Source: Camelus dromedarius (taxonomy: Eukaryota). Taken from it: DNA of 64,000 nucleotides. Within the stretch, counting starts at the first letter, position 1. The number at the start of each line of letters is the position of its first letter. The notes under the pieces are model-generated. The model was not told the origin of the DNA, searched no databases, and saw nothing but the letters and a program-made list of their open reading frames with translations. Both the position numbers and the translations under genes were made by a program. Of the stretch, positions 50,149 to 62,111 are shown piece by piece. The DNA is taken from positions 34,970,001 through 35,034,000 of the forward strand of contig NC_087447.1 of NCBI RefSeq assembly GCF_036321535.1. Direction: 5' to 3'.

Positions 50149-50193
50149 CTGGAGCCACTGACCTCAGATGATTCTGACAACTACAAGCATTGA
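50149..50193 (+). pseudogene. IGSF22: IGSF22 truncated exon relic (LEPLTSDDSDNYK, then frameshift/stop)
   Basis: ATCCAG| acceptor. The DSDNYK(C) Ig F-strand motif loses its Cys, followed by TGA 50191-50193, and homology then ends. Confidence 0.85.
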
Positions 50194-50916
50194 GGCAGAA
50201 GGGTTATCGTGAGGATCCTGGGGAGAGAAGTAGAGGTCTGGAGGCCTAAGGGAGGAGATTCCTTCATAGTAGTCTGAGGGGTGGGACTAACGTAGAGGTG
50301 GAAAGGTGCCCTTGTGGGGCGGGGATGACGGTGGAAAGGTGCCCTTGTGGGGCAGGGATGACGGAGTTGAGAGGGCTGGAGGGAGGTATGAGTTGAGACT
50401 CAGAGGTATGGGGGCGGCTGACGTAGGTGAGGATCATCAAGGAGCAGGGATGACATCCAGAAACCCAGGAGGGAGGGGAGTAAGGGTAGGGATAGCGTTG
50501 GGGAAACCTGAAATGAGGAACTAAATTGGAGAGCGCAGAGAGCTTGGAGGCTAGGATTACGTTGGGGAGACCCTGGATGGGAGTTAAAAGCTGGGTAACA
50601 GCTCGGATCCGGGAAGCTGGCGGCCGGAAAGAAGTCTCAGACTCTCGGGTCTAGAAAAGCACAAAAACCTGCGGACCTGGTTTAGGTCGTGGAACCCAGC
50701 AGTGGCATGGGGTTTGGGAGGGTAGCCGAAGGGGAACCTTAGGAACTAGTATAAAATTGGGGCCGAAGGGTTGACTTTGCGTAGGAACCTAACCCAGGTT
50801 AAGGGGAGACGGGTCCGTGAGCTGGGTCTCCCAGGCGCCTTTCCAGCTCCAAGCCGGCGCGCGGCAGGTGGGGGCCTTGGGGTGCGCTCACCGCCTGCTG
50901 CGTCCCGCCCGCGCAG

Positions 50917-51045
50917 TCTGGGACCTGAGCGCCAAGCTGTAGCCGTACCAGCAGGAGGACTGGCGCCGCGCGCCACGCTTCCTGAACCCGCTCAAGCCGC
51001 ACACGGTGTTCCGCGGCCACGACTGCACCGTACCTGCGCCTTCGT
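50917..51045 (+). pseudogene. IGSF22: IGSF22 penultimate exon relic (WDLSAKL*PYQQEDWRRAPRFLNPLKPHTVFRGHDCT/frameshift/TCAF)
   Basis: GCGCAG| acceptor and a MyBP-like APRFxxPLK terminal Ig start. There is an in-frame TAG at 50940-50942, a 1-nt deletion near 51031, and the 3' part is missing. Confidence 0.85.
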
Positions 51046-52120
51046 TTGCAAGTCTTGGAAGACCTACACTTGCATTTGAAAGAGATACTGGTGATCAGGT
51101 CTAAACCAGATTTACCAATCACAATCTCCCTGACAAGGCTCCAGAATGAATCTTTATGTTTACAAAATTTGCAAGTGATTCTGATGTACAACCAAGATTG
51201 AAAACTACTGGCCTAGTAAAAGGGTAGATGGGAGGCACCAATGAGGGGAAGACTAAAGGGAACCTAGTGGAGGCCTTCCTCTGCACACAGTGTGCCATGT
51301 TTCTGCTCCTGTGTGCACATGTAGGGCAAATACTTTATTTCTTCCTACACACAGTACTATTTTCAGGAGAGTTCAGCTAGTAGCATGATCTCTCTAAATG
51401 AAAAGATGACCTGCCTTGCTCCCCTTTGCTTAAACTCCCTCCTAGCTTTCCCTTGATCCTTTAGATAAAATCACAATCAACAGGCTCCCCTACCATCTAT
51501 GTCTCAGCCTCATCATCTGCCACTCTGAAGTGTCCATAGCTCTCTCAGATGTCCATGGTCTCTATGGTTACAGACCTTTTTTGTCGTTACAGATGGCGTT
51601 CTCTGGGGAAAGGACCATGTCCTGTTGCTCTGTCTCTCAAGTACTCAGCTAAATGTCTGGCACTGAGATGATGCCTCCGAAGTGGCTGCTGAACTGTGTA
51701 ACAGAACTAGGCCAGAGAATGCACTGTGGGAGACATCCACCTTTCATTCCACAGCTAGAGAGCCCCTGACAACTTAATTCTGGTTGGAAGCACATGGGCC
51801 CAGGGCCCTGGCTCCAACACTGACCAGCCATGTGAGAGCCACTCTGAGCCTGTTTTCTCATCTACTTCTTAAGGCTGGTATGAGGATTAAATGACATAGT
51901 ACATAAAAGTGCCTGGCACAATGCCTGGCAAATATTGTGTTGCATAATTGATAACTCTTGGCCTCATACACTCAGCTGACCCTGGGAGACTGGGGCTGGG
52001 GAGGAATGAAGATCCTAGGCAGGGTCCAGCCCTTGGTTCCTTCATAGTGACTGCAGCAGGTCCAGCAATATGGAGTCTCCCTTACCATCATTGACACCAA
52101 CAAATGCTTTGCTCTTTCAG

Positions 52121-52191
52121 ACAAAGTTGACAAGTCAATTCTAGCATCTGTCACTGAGAGTCTGCAGAAGAAATCAAAGTACCTTATGTGA
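52121..52191 (+). pseudogene. IGSF22: IGSF22 terminal exon relic ((D)KVDKSILASVTESLQKKSKYLM*), poly(A) signal AATAAA at 52321-52326
   Basis: Strong CTCTTTCAG| acceptor, open frame matching the recalled human C-terminus ...ASITESLQKKSKHLM*, and a downstream AATAAA. Confidence 0.85.
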
Positions 52192-53564
52192 GCTCCAACC
52201 CAGCCCAGGCATCAGGAAGATGTGGAGCTTCTTGGCCTATCTTCTATGTGGTCCGACAGAGGGAGGCCCAGTTTGCTCTGTGGTGCTTGTCAATGTAAAC
52301 ATTCAGTGAAAGGACAGGACAATAAACTGAGCACACCCTTGCCTGTGCCTGACCATGGTGTACAGCAAAGACCGAGGAGATGGACTTGGCTGTGTGATGG
52401 GGATACACAGAACCTGAATCCCCGAGAGCTTGGTCCAAACCCACGCACATGAGGAGTGACTAGTCCCCTTTTGACTGGGCCTTGACTTGCCTTTGCCTCC
52501 TCTGAGGCCACACTGCACCCTCCCTTCCCTCAGGGCATAGGGGAGCAAGTATTGCTGGCTTCATCTTTCTCCCCATCCTGCTTCTGCCCCTTCCCATTTC
52601 TTCACACCAGGTTAAGTATGTCTTCAGAGTTCTGGGGTTTGAAGGGATCAAGACCTTGCCTCTGCAGTGTCCAGGGTTCCATTTGAGAATCAGAGCATCT
52701 GAAAGCTAGAAGAGATTGGTCATCCAGCTCACTAGATTTCAAATTATAGTTTTGCAGCAGAATCTTTCCTTTAAAAAAAAAAATCTTAAGGTGCTGGACT
52801 TGAAAAAGGGTGGGGGTTGGTCTTTGACCCTCCCACCTCTACTTATTCTTCTGTAAGCTCCCACTAGGAGTCTCTGTAAAAGCCCATTTGAAAATCACTG
52901 ATTCATCCAACACCCACATGGGACTTGAGTCTCTCGATCACATCCCCACAACTGTACAACCCCTCTATGAATGGTGTATTCACCACCACCCAAGGCTTCC
53001 CTTTCTATTTCTGGGTCAGGGCACTGCCATTAAGATGCAAATGGCCCTGGAGTGTGGTGACATGTTATTCTGCCAGGGCTTCACATCTGAAGTATGAATC
53101 AGACAATCTAATCTCATTCCTCCTAGCTGTCCAACTGAGCCAAGTCCAGGGAGAGAGGTGGGGCTTGAAGGGAATGTGGGTCACTTTGGAGCAGGCAGCA
53201 GGTCTGGGGTAGGGGGGATGAGAGGATGGGCAGCAGTAGAGGACACTGAGTAGCTAAGAGTCACCAAAGATGTCGGGTACCTGTGCACAGGGAAGTGCAC
53301 CAAGGACAAATTTGGACGGTGGCAAATACTACCCACCCCCCCACCCTCCTGAACTACATCCTCACCCACAGACATGACCGGGAAGTGAGACCCACTCTAA
53401 CCAGCACAGTGTTACCAGAGCCTGGGAGCCAGCCTGGTGCCAAGATGCACTGGTCAGGCTGTGAGGACATCTAGGACCCCTGGCACCATGCCCCCATCCC
53501 CTCCTCTCCAGGATAGGCACGTGCCACCCAGGCAGACAAGCAGGGCAGTGAGTTACCCTTGGTT

Positions 53565-53578
53565 TTTATTTATTTATT
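53565..53578 (-). terminator. TMEM86A: Candidate proximal TMEM86A poly(A) signals (overlapping AATAAA on the - strand)
   Basis: TTTATTTATTTATT on the + strand ~1.05 kb past the stop; usage not demonstrable from sequence. Confidence 0.4.
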
Positions 53579-54629
53579 TTTTTCACATGAGGGATAGGAT
53601 GGAGTTCTCCCATCCTTGCTCCCCTTGCATTGAATGTGCCTTGGGTCTTATGACCCTAGAGTGTCATTGGAGCCCCCTCCTCTTGCTCCCAGTGCAGGAA
53701 GCGCAAGGAGGAAAGCATTGAGAGTGGGTGTGTATGGGGGGGGGTTCCCAGCTCTCTGAGCCAGGCTCAGCACCCCCTCAGCAGCTCCCTGAGGTCCTCT
53801 CCCTATAAGACTTTGACACACAGCAGGTCAGAGACAGTTGGCAGAGAAAGACATAGACAGGCTTGGAGACAGACCACACACAAGAATCACATGTACAGAC
53901 ACATACATACAGGCTGGCCCCTTCCTTTGGCATGGTTCACCCTGGCCCTGGGCATAGGGTCTGAGGGGGGTGGTGTGGGGCCTGAGCTCTGGGCTGGCCT
54001 TTGAGAGAGATGGGACCAACTTGCATCCTCGGTACCCCAAAATCCCAGGCCAAAGAAGTCCCCAATCTTGCCTAACTGGACAGACACCCCTTCACCTTCC
54101 CACCCAACACTTAAGAGATTAAGATTGTTCAAGTAATGAGGATAGACGAGAAAGGGAGACTCCACCCTCATCCAATCTTCCCAACTAGGGGGCTGGGAAA
54201 GGGGCTTCAGGCCCTGGGGGTGGGTCATCTTAGCACAGACTTCTCCCCTCTTCCTTCAACTCTGTGCGGATCGGGAAGAGTGGGAGTGGGTGAGTCAGAC
54301 TCTCCCATCTAGCAGGAGCTGGGGGAGGTCAAGAAGCTGAGCACCATCGCCCTCCAGAGGGGCTATGATAGTTCACATGGAGTCGAGGTGGAGAGATAGC
54401 TACTTCTGGCTCCAGCAAGGGGCATTAGGCTGGCTCTTTTTAGCAATCAACATTGTCCTGGACCACTAGCTTTGCTAGAAAGATCCTTTTCCTGCTTACT
54501 CCCTCAAATTTGTACACTTCACAGGTAACACCTGCTGCCCCAGGCTGGTACTGCAGCCACTCTGATCCAACTCTTGCACGTTCCCAGGTCCTGGACCCCA
54601 GCCCCAGGAGGAGACCAGAACCTGGCCCC

Positions 54630-55066
54630 TCATTTGGCCTTGCTCAGTCTGAAGTCTTTTACTGGCTCCCGGCTCTCAACAGCTGACAGGGCGATGAGCA
54701 TCTGGGCGGCATAGTACGTGGACATGATGAGTGCCCGCGAATAGGGCACGGGAAAGCAAAACTTGTGGATGGCGATGGTCAGGTCCGAGACAATAAAGAG
54801 CAGTGCACCACTGCCTGCTGCCAGCTCAGTCCAGCGCCAGGTTGCCCCAACCAGCTGTAGCCCTGCCATAGCCCGCCAGCCCATGAAGCTGATAATGGCC
54901 ATATAGATCCCCACCAGGTAGGTGAAGGCACCTGACAGGCTTGGGTAGAGGAGGGCATAGCATAGGCCCGACAGTATTGCCATCACCAGACCTGTCCGAA
55001 GAGCCAATGGCCGCATGCCAAAGGCCGAGGCGTAGAACATGTGGGTCACAGCAAACATCAGCAGAC
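54630..55066 (-). CDS. TMEM86A: TMEM86A exon 3 (lysoplasmalogenase, YhhN family), ends ...STYYAAQMLIALSAVESREPVKDFRLSKAK*
   Basis: CAG acceptor on the - strand at 55067-55069. Contains the YhhN-type FAVTH, GALLFIVSD and TYYAAQ motifs; 437 nt including stop. Confidence 0.96.
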
Positions 55067-55407
55067 CTGGGGGGTGACAGGGGAAGATGGGATATTAAGA
55101 GCAGGCTCAGGTGAGTAACAGGTAACGGGGGGGTGGGGGTGGGACTGCAATATTTTAGGAGTAACAAGAGGTGGGAAGAAACCCACAAAGGCAGAGACAA
55201 CCCCCAGCTCTCCTGTGACACTCCAGAACTGATCACCAGATCACCAGCAAGGTCATCCTCCAACAGGGGCCCCACAGTCCTTGGCCTCAGAACCCCTCAA
55301 ATTCCCCATATTCTTGTTAAAACCCCCTGTCCCAAATCCTTGGCCCCCTAGGACCCTCCAGCCCTCCACCACAGGATTCCTCCCAGGTAGCTGCTGTGAT
55401 GACTGAC

Positions 55408-55672
55408 CGTGCACAAAGTAGCCCTGGTCCTGCCAGATGAGGAAGGCATCACCTATGGCAGAGAAGACGAGCCCCACAAAGATGCGGGTGGCACTGGGGC
55501 GGGCCAGCAGGAATCCGAGGCCATGCGCCAGAAGGAAGAGCCAGAGGCAGAAGATGGGCAGGCACTTGACGAGGGCGCTGACCCATGACGGGCTGGACGA
55601 GGGCAGCCAGAGCACAAAATACACGCAGGTGGCCTTGAAGAAGGGCACCAGCTTGGGTCCCTCACTCTTCAC
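55408..55672 (-). CDS. TMEM86A: TMEM86A exon 2 (VKSEGPKLVPFFKATCVYFVLWLP...GDAFLIWQDQGYFVH)
   Basis: AG/GT boundaries on the - strand; 265 nt; KCLP and GD motifs. Confidence 0.96.
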
Positions 55673-57399
55673 CTGGAGGACATAGGACAAGGGCAGCACT
55701 CAGAGTGTGGGAGCTCAGAAGCCCAGTGCGGGGCCCAGAGCCCACACCCTCAGCCCAGGCATCCACCCCAGAGACAGGCCCACCTCCCAAGCAATAAGGA
55801 TTGACACACAGAAACCCAGTTTAACCTGCCCCAACCAGCTAGCAGAATGTGAACAAGCCCACTATTAATTAGCCTGAGGCTTAATTGATTAGGAAGGGAA
55901 AGGGCTCCACTGTTCCTGCTACTCACGTCCATTCTTGGCCCTGGGGCAGGACCAGAATAGTCACTGGGCAGAAAACAGATTTTGGGATAGTGTTCCATCC
56001 TGCAACCCAATGCTTCTCCTTTCCCACACACTCCTTTAACCTACCCAAAGCCCCTTTAGCCTCTCTTTGCCAGCATCAGCCCCCAGCTGTCTGGAATAGA
56101 GTGGAGTCAACAGGAAACCACAGAGACGCCCCAACTGGCCGACTCGTGATCCTCAGCAGTGGGGCCAGGACATGGGATTCAGGTCTGGCAACACCAGGTG
56201 AGTGCCAGGAATGCATGAGGGTGGGCACTGCCAACCACCTCAGCCCCCACAGCCCCTCTCCCTCCTTGTTTGTCTGCAACTCAGCCTCCACTCCCACTGC
56301 CTCAGGGATGCTGCCTAGAGAAATGGACTCATAAATTGGGAGCAAGAAAACTGTCCCCGAAAGACCAGCAATCTCAGGGACTGGAAGGCTGGAGGAGGTG
56401 TCAGTCAGTCTTATTCCCCAGAGAACAGGGGAAATTCAAGGCACATCAGAAACAGAGGCAGGAAGGGGAGGGAGGATTTCTTTTCCCAGCTTTTGATCTG
56501 AAGCCAGCAGACAGGCTGGGAGAAGAGGGGGAACTGAGAGGGGAAGTTAGAGCAGCTGACTTGGTCTCAGCTGGATTAGGGGGGAGGGCAGCTAAAGAAA
56601 GGTTGTGTCCAAGGCCATTCAGGCACTCTGCAAGCTGAGGGAGGGGGCTGCTGCAGATATTTTGAATCTGTGATTCCCAGGAAGCTCCTTTCCTTAGCCA
56701 TCTGCTACTGGGGCTCTCAGAGTGATTCCCAGCAGCTGAGGTTCCCGATATACTCACATTCTGCCAAACTGATATGCCTCTGGCTGGGTAAGCCGCCCAG
56801 AATAAGGCTCTGGGGATACACACAGACTCTCAGACCACCACTCCCTGGTTACCTGGGGGCTGATCGGACTGATGAAGAAGGTTGGGAAGAGGCAGATGGG
56901 TGAGTCCAGGGTCTAAGCCTACGCTTGCTCTCTTGGGGGTGAGAGCGGTGAGAAGAGATGACTAAGTTCCTTCCTATGGAGACTGCCCCATGTAGGCTGG
57001 TCAGAGCAGGGATATGGGCAGAGGAGGAGACGGCAGGAGACGCTTATCCTCACTGTCCCCAGATCTCCCCAACAGCCACCTGCCAGCGCTCGGAAGCATC
57101 TACTCCACACCCCTCTCCCAGCCCCATATTTCCTAGAAGGAGAAACAAGCCGTAGTAGCCGGGGAGGCTTTGACAGTCGTAGAGAACCCAGCATTAGAAG
57201 GAAGAGGGGAGCGGGGAGAGACAGAGGTGCAGGTGAGAAAGTCTTGAACAGGAAGAGGTGTCAATAGAGAACGACCCCTTTTCATCCAGCGCGTTATCAA
57301 GGCTGCGTTAACTTAGAGTAGTCCTGTGCCCCGCCCCAGATTTATTTAGAAGATGAGGAAAAGGAGGAAATACATTTGAAACAGGATTCCTTGTAGGTC

Positions 57400-58210
57400 C
57401 CAGTAACCCTTCTGCCCTCCCCCGCCCTCTCCCACGCCTCGCTGTGTTCTGCGCACGCGGAAACCAGCGGCCCGCTGCCGTCCCCTCTACGCGGCAGCGA
57501 CCCCGCGGACCCGCGCGAGATACAGAGATCAACCAAGTCATGCTTCCGAGTCACGTGCCCACTGTTTTCCTCCCTCTCGCGGGCCGGCTGGGGGCGCGCG
57601 GAGGAGTGGCGCCCCGATTTGGGATGCCGGGGGCCGTGACAGCGCCGCCTCCCGCCTGGGGACGCGGACCGCCGCGGGATCCCTGCCCTTCCTCGGCCCC
57701 TCGGCGGCTTGGCCTGCCGCAGCCCAGTCCTCAGGTCGGTGGGCTGCGGCTGCGCCGGACATTGGTTCGCTCGCTCGCTCACTCACTCACCACAGTGACC
57801 GGGGACACCATGGCGGCGGCAGCGGCGGCAGCTGGCACCCCGTTCCGGGCTGCAGCGGCCAGGACGCACTCGCGGCCAGGTGAGGAGACGACGACGCAAC
57901 GAAGCCCGGGTGACGAACAAAACCTCCCGCACGCCGGGCGCTAGGGGTTCTTTCTGCCATCCCCACGACGTCACCGCAGACATGGCCAATGAGCGGGCTG
58001 GAGTCGGCGTGGGGCGGGGTCTGGCTGGTAATACCGGATAGGCCCCGCCCACCCCAACCCCTACAGCGACCCCCAACCCCTGCGCAGCCGCTTTAGCCGG
58101 GAGAAGAAAGGCTTCTCCCAGGGGGCAGGAGGCAGGGTCCTCCAGGCCCCGCCCCTCTGGGAATCAGTGCCAAGACATCCCGGAACCTATCCGTGATCTC
58201 CGGCCCTGAG
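57400..58210 (-). promoter_or_regulatory. TMEM86A: TMEM86A CpG island / TATA-less promoter
   Basis: Dense CpG. CRE-like CGACGTCA 57966-57973, CCAAT 57986-57990, GC boxes at 58011-58019, 58041-58050 and ~58145-58155, and E-box GTCACGTG 57550-57557. Confidence 0.85.
57791..57811 (-). CDS. TMEM86A: TMEM86A exon 1 coding part (MVSPVTV)
   Basis: Perfect Kozak GCCGCCGCCATGG and GTG|GTGAGT donor on the - strand. The three exons total 723 nt = 240 aa plus stop. Confidence 0.95.
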
Positions 58211-60631
58211 TGAGGACGGAGCTTGGCCAAGAGACAAACACATTCCTGTCCTGGGCTCACGGCTACACACATTTTTCTCGTAACCCGGGGATAGAAGGCA
58301 AAGGCAGATTCCCCTCAACTTTTAAACATGCAGTCCACATGGACACAACTGCGATTAGACCCACAACCCTCACTGCATACAAACATACAGGCAAATGGAC
58401 ACACAATGGTCAGGAGACGCACACGTTTCAACATGAAAAGAAACACATAGCAGCCCATATACCCATACATATGCACAAACACATACAGGATCACAACTAC
58501 CCTTGGGCACCAAACAAGTACATAGACACAAAACTGAGAGCCGCAGGTCGACACACATCCTTCATCGTAAAAACAGAGACACATATATAGGCATGCAGCA
58601 CCCTATAGACCCATAATAAACACAGTTGCTCAATTCTTAGGCACACACCTCTCACAACTCAAGAGAATTGAACACACACAAGAACACAACAGGAATGAAG
58701 TATGGACAGGCAGACCTGAGCATACTTAAAGGCCCACAGGAGTGTGAACTAACTCTGCCAAAAATGGAGCTTAAGTAGATTAATGTTGATATTACATAGA
58801 CTAAAGGTACACAGGCACATTGGGAACCAAGCATGTACAGAATTATGGGAATCACATGAAAGAACTGGTAGACAGTCAAATGGACAGGAATCTAGTTCCA
58901 CTTTTGCCACTTCCATGCTGTGTGGTTGGGTGAATCACTTTCCCTCTCTGGTCTTGATTTCTTCGTATATAAGATGAGTGGATGATCTCCAAGATTCCTC
59001 CCAAGCCCAACATGTGTAGGATTGGGAAGGCCAAGGGCTGCTGGTTTCAGGAAATTCAACTCGAGGAGTCTTCCTGGAGATGGAAATTTAAGATACAGCT
59101 TAAAAAGATGGGCCACTGGTTTTTGATCTGCTGTAGGAGGGTAGTTGTGTGTCAGGCTTGGGGAATTAGAGTGAGATAACCAGCCCTACCCAGCTCTAAT
59201 TAGCAGCCATCAAGGAGTTTTAAACATCCTGGAATGGTGACACTGAGACCCTAGTTTTTGACTCCGCCTTGTGCTGGCTGGGGAAAAGCCCTCAGACTGA
59301 GAGCTCTTGTGAGCCTGTTCCAAAATGTGCCTTTTTTTTTTTTTCTTTTGGACCCTGCTTAGTTTCCCTAGAGCCTGTGCTGTTGACCTGACACCTTCTC
59401 AGAGCAGGGAGCAGTCCTCTTCTAGTGATAGAATTGACAACCAGAGATTCAGAGCCAAGGGCAATAAGGGTGAGAGTCAAGGCTTGGGACTGAGGCTCAT
59501 CCACAGCCTTCACCCATCCCTTCCAGACTCCTTTTAAATAAGTGTCCCAGAGACCGATAAACTCTGCCCGTTCTACTTTCTTTCCAGTCGGGGCTGTGGG
59601 GAGATTCACCCTACCAGAATATGGGAGACTAGAATTGTGGCCCCCAGAGCTTTGTTGTACACACACACACACACACAAACACTCCTACAAAGTGTGCTAC
59701 CTGGAAGAACACTGGGTTGAAAAATACTGTATTTAGTACTAGTCCCCCTCCTCTGTGACTTGCTAGTTATATGACCGGGCACATCAGTCCATCTTTGGAG
59801 CCCAGTTTTTTCATCAGTAAAATGGAGGAACTGGGCTAGAAGACATGTGCAAACGTTTCAGTTTTCCAGCCAAACCCTTCAGTGTCACCTAAGGGATAGT
59901 TCTCAGAGAGTGGCCAAGTCAGAGCATTTTTCATTTCTCTGGATGTTAGTTTCCTATCTATAAAAAAAAAAAAAAAGGTGGGAATGTAACAGTGGTTCTG
60001 AAAAAGTGAGGTCTGTCAAAATTACTTGGGAGGCTTTTTAAAAAGCATAGATACCCTTGTCTAAACCCAGACCTACTAATTAAGTGGCACAGATTGTAAT
60101 AAGATTGAATACACAAATACCTAAATAGACAAAACATGAAGTCTAGAATTGTAACCCACAGAGCTGTATCAATGTTTGATTACCCAGTGGGCAATGATCA
60201 TAGACATAGGTTGCCCACAGTGCAGAGGCATCTCCCCTCTGTGCTGGTTATTCTCTTTGCCCTCCCACCACCCGGATCCATTTTGGCCCTTCTCCACCCT
60301 GCCCCTGGAGGCTGACCTCCATGAACTGTATCACCAGGGCTCACTTGTTCTCTGGCTTCTGCTTGGATTCAGCTAATGAGAGTCAGAGGCAGATCTGCGG
60401 TTGGGGGAGCACATGGTTGAGGTTCCCCACACCCAGCCTGCAGGGTGAGGCTGGGATTGAGATTCTGATAGTGGTTCTGTGCTCCTCTATGGCTACTGCT
60501 CCAGGCTGCCACCTTTAACTTCAGCCTAAGGGTTGGCAATAGCTACCTGCTTTTGACTAGTCTTTAGGTGGCTTTGCAGCCCTGACTAGTTTTTTTAACT
60601 TTACCCATATCTCTGCCATCTCGTTAGTTAT

Positions 60632-62111
60632 ATTCTTGAGTATGCCAACAACCTGATACAGTCACCGACAAAGGAGAGGCACTGCCCCTTCCCCAAAAGA
60701 AAGAGCTTATCTAATTTCATTCCTATGAATAAGATTTGCTGTTTGTTTCAGAAATGAAATTGTATTTACTGTGTAGTAGTTTTAAGTTGAACTACATATT
60801 GTAAGGGGCAGAAAATGGGATAAAACTCCCTAAAATTATGCATTTGTCCCTCTCTGTACCCAAAACTACCTGTTTCACACAGCTTTGTAATTTTCTGTTT
60901 ACTTACTTGTCTCCCCTATAAGAGTGGGAGTCCATTCATCCATTCATTCATTCATCCAACAAACGTTTATTATGCACCAAGTTATGTCCTAGCCACTGTT
61001 AGGTGCTGGGGTTTACAAACTTCCATAAGGTATAGGTTCTGTTGTCACGGAATTCAGTTCAGGCATGCAAGTAAACAGCCATTATGTAGTGCGGCAGTTG
61101 AAATAATTGAGGCATGCAGGCACGTCTCCAACAACATCAGAAAGATGTCAGAATCATTCTGTGTGCCTCAAGGAATTGAGAAACCTGGGGTTAAATCTAT
61201 AAGGATGAGTTGGTCTTCACTGAGTAAACACCAATGGAAATGATGTTCTAGGTGCCAACTAAAAATTGTCACTTGCCTTCTGCCTCTACAAGGTCACTAG
61301 CCACTGCAGTCAGTGACCTTCAACATACTCTGAAAGGAGTTCAGGGTGGAGATCAGGAATGAGGCACTCTGTGCTCTGGGAAAAACTGGTAGAACAGGCC
61401 TTCAGATAGTTAGAGATTTCAGGAGAAGATTTTATGAGCCCAATTCCTTGCCTCTTCTCATGTCTAGAAAAGCACTAAAATCATTAGTGGAGACATCTGC
61501 TCCTCATGAGTAGCAGCAAGCCTCAGCCAAAATGTGTCCTTGACTGCACGTACCCCATCCCCCCAAACAAAATCGTATATAATACTGACCTCTCCCCCAC
61601 CTCTTTGGAGCAGTTCCTCAGAGCTATCTGACAAGGCTATCTCCCAGGCAATAGTCCTCATCTTGCCCCATATAGAACTTAGCTCACAATTCTCATGCTG
61701 TGCTTTTTATTTTTTCAATCAGCATAGAACAAATGTACACAGAAGCATAAGAGATACACTGAATTCAGAGAGATGCCTGAAGTGCTGGGGTGAGCTGGGG
61801 AGTGAAAAAAGGTCAATCTGAAGAAGAAAGAATGAGCAAGGTCAGAAAGGAACTGAGTGTTCTGCTAGGGAGTTTGGACTTGACCTAGTAGATGACAGAA
61901 AAACAGTTGTCTTCTGTGCCTTAGCTTCTCTGATTGTTCTCAGTTCTCACACACCAGACACTTGGACGATTCACAGAAATGGTGACCAACCATCATTCTG
62001 GATTCCTGAGTGTGCCAGCAACCTGATACAGTCACCCACAAAGCAGAGGCACTGCCCCTTCCCCCAAAGAAAGAGCTTATCTAATTTCATTTCTATGAAT
62101 AAAATTTGTTG
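60632..62111 (+). repeat. 110-bp direct repeat pair (60632-60741 and 62002-62111)
   Basis: Ungapped alignment at offset 1370 with 9 mismatches in 110 nt. Confidence 0.9.
61253..61724 (+). mobile_element. ERV1-type solo LTR inserted in an L2 relic
   Basis: TG...CA termini, flanked by TAGG/TAGA (4-bp TSD with 1 mismatch). Internal TATATAA and GGAGCAGTTCCTCAGAGCTATCTGA motif; L2-like sequence on both sides. Confidence 0.7.

Noticed and set aside
58230..58860. ACAC-rich region upstream of the TMEM86A promoter with His/Thr-rich ORFs
   Set aside because: Decayed simple-repeat composition explains the ORFs.
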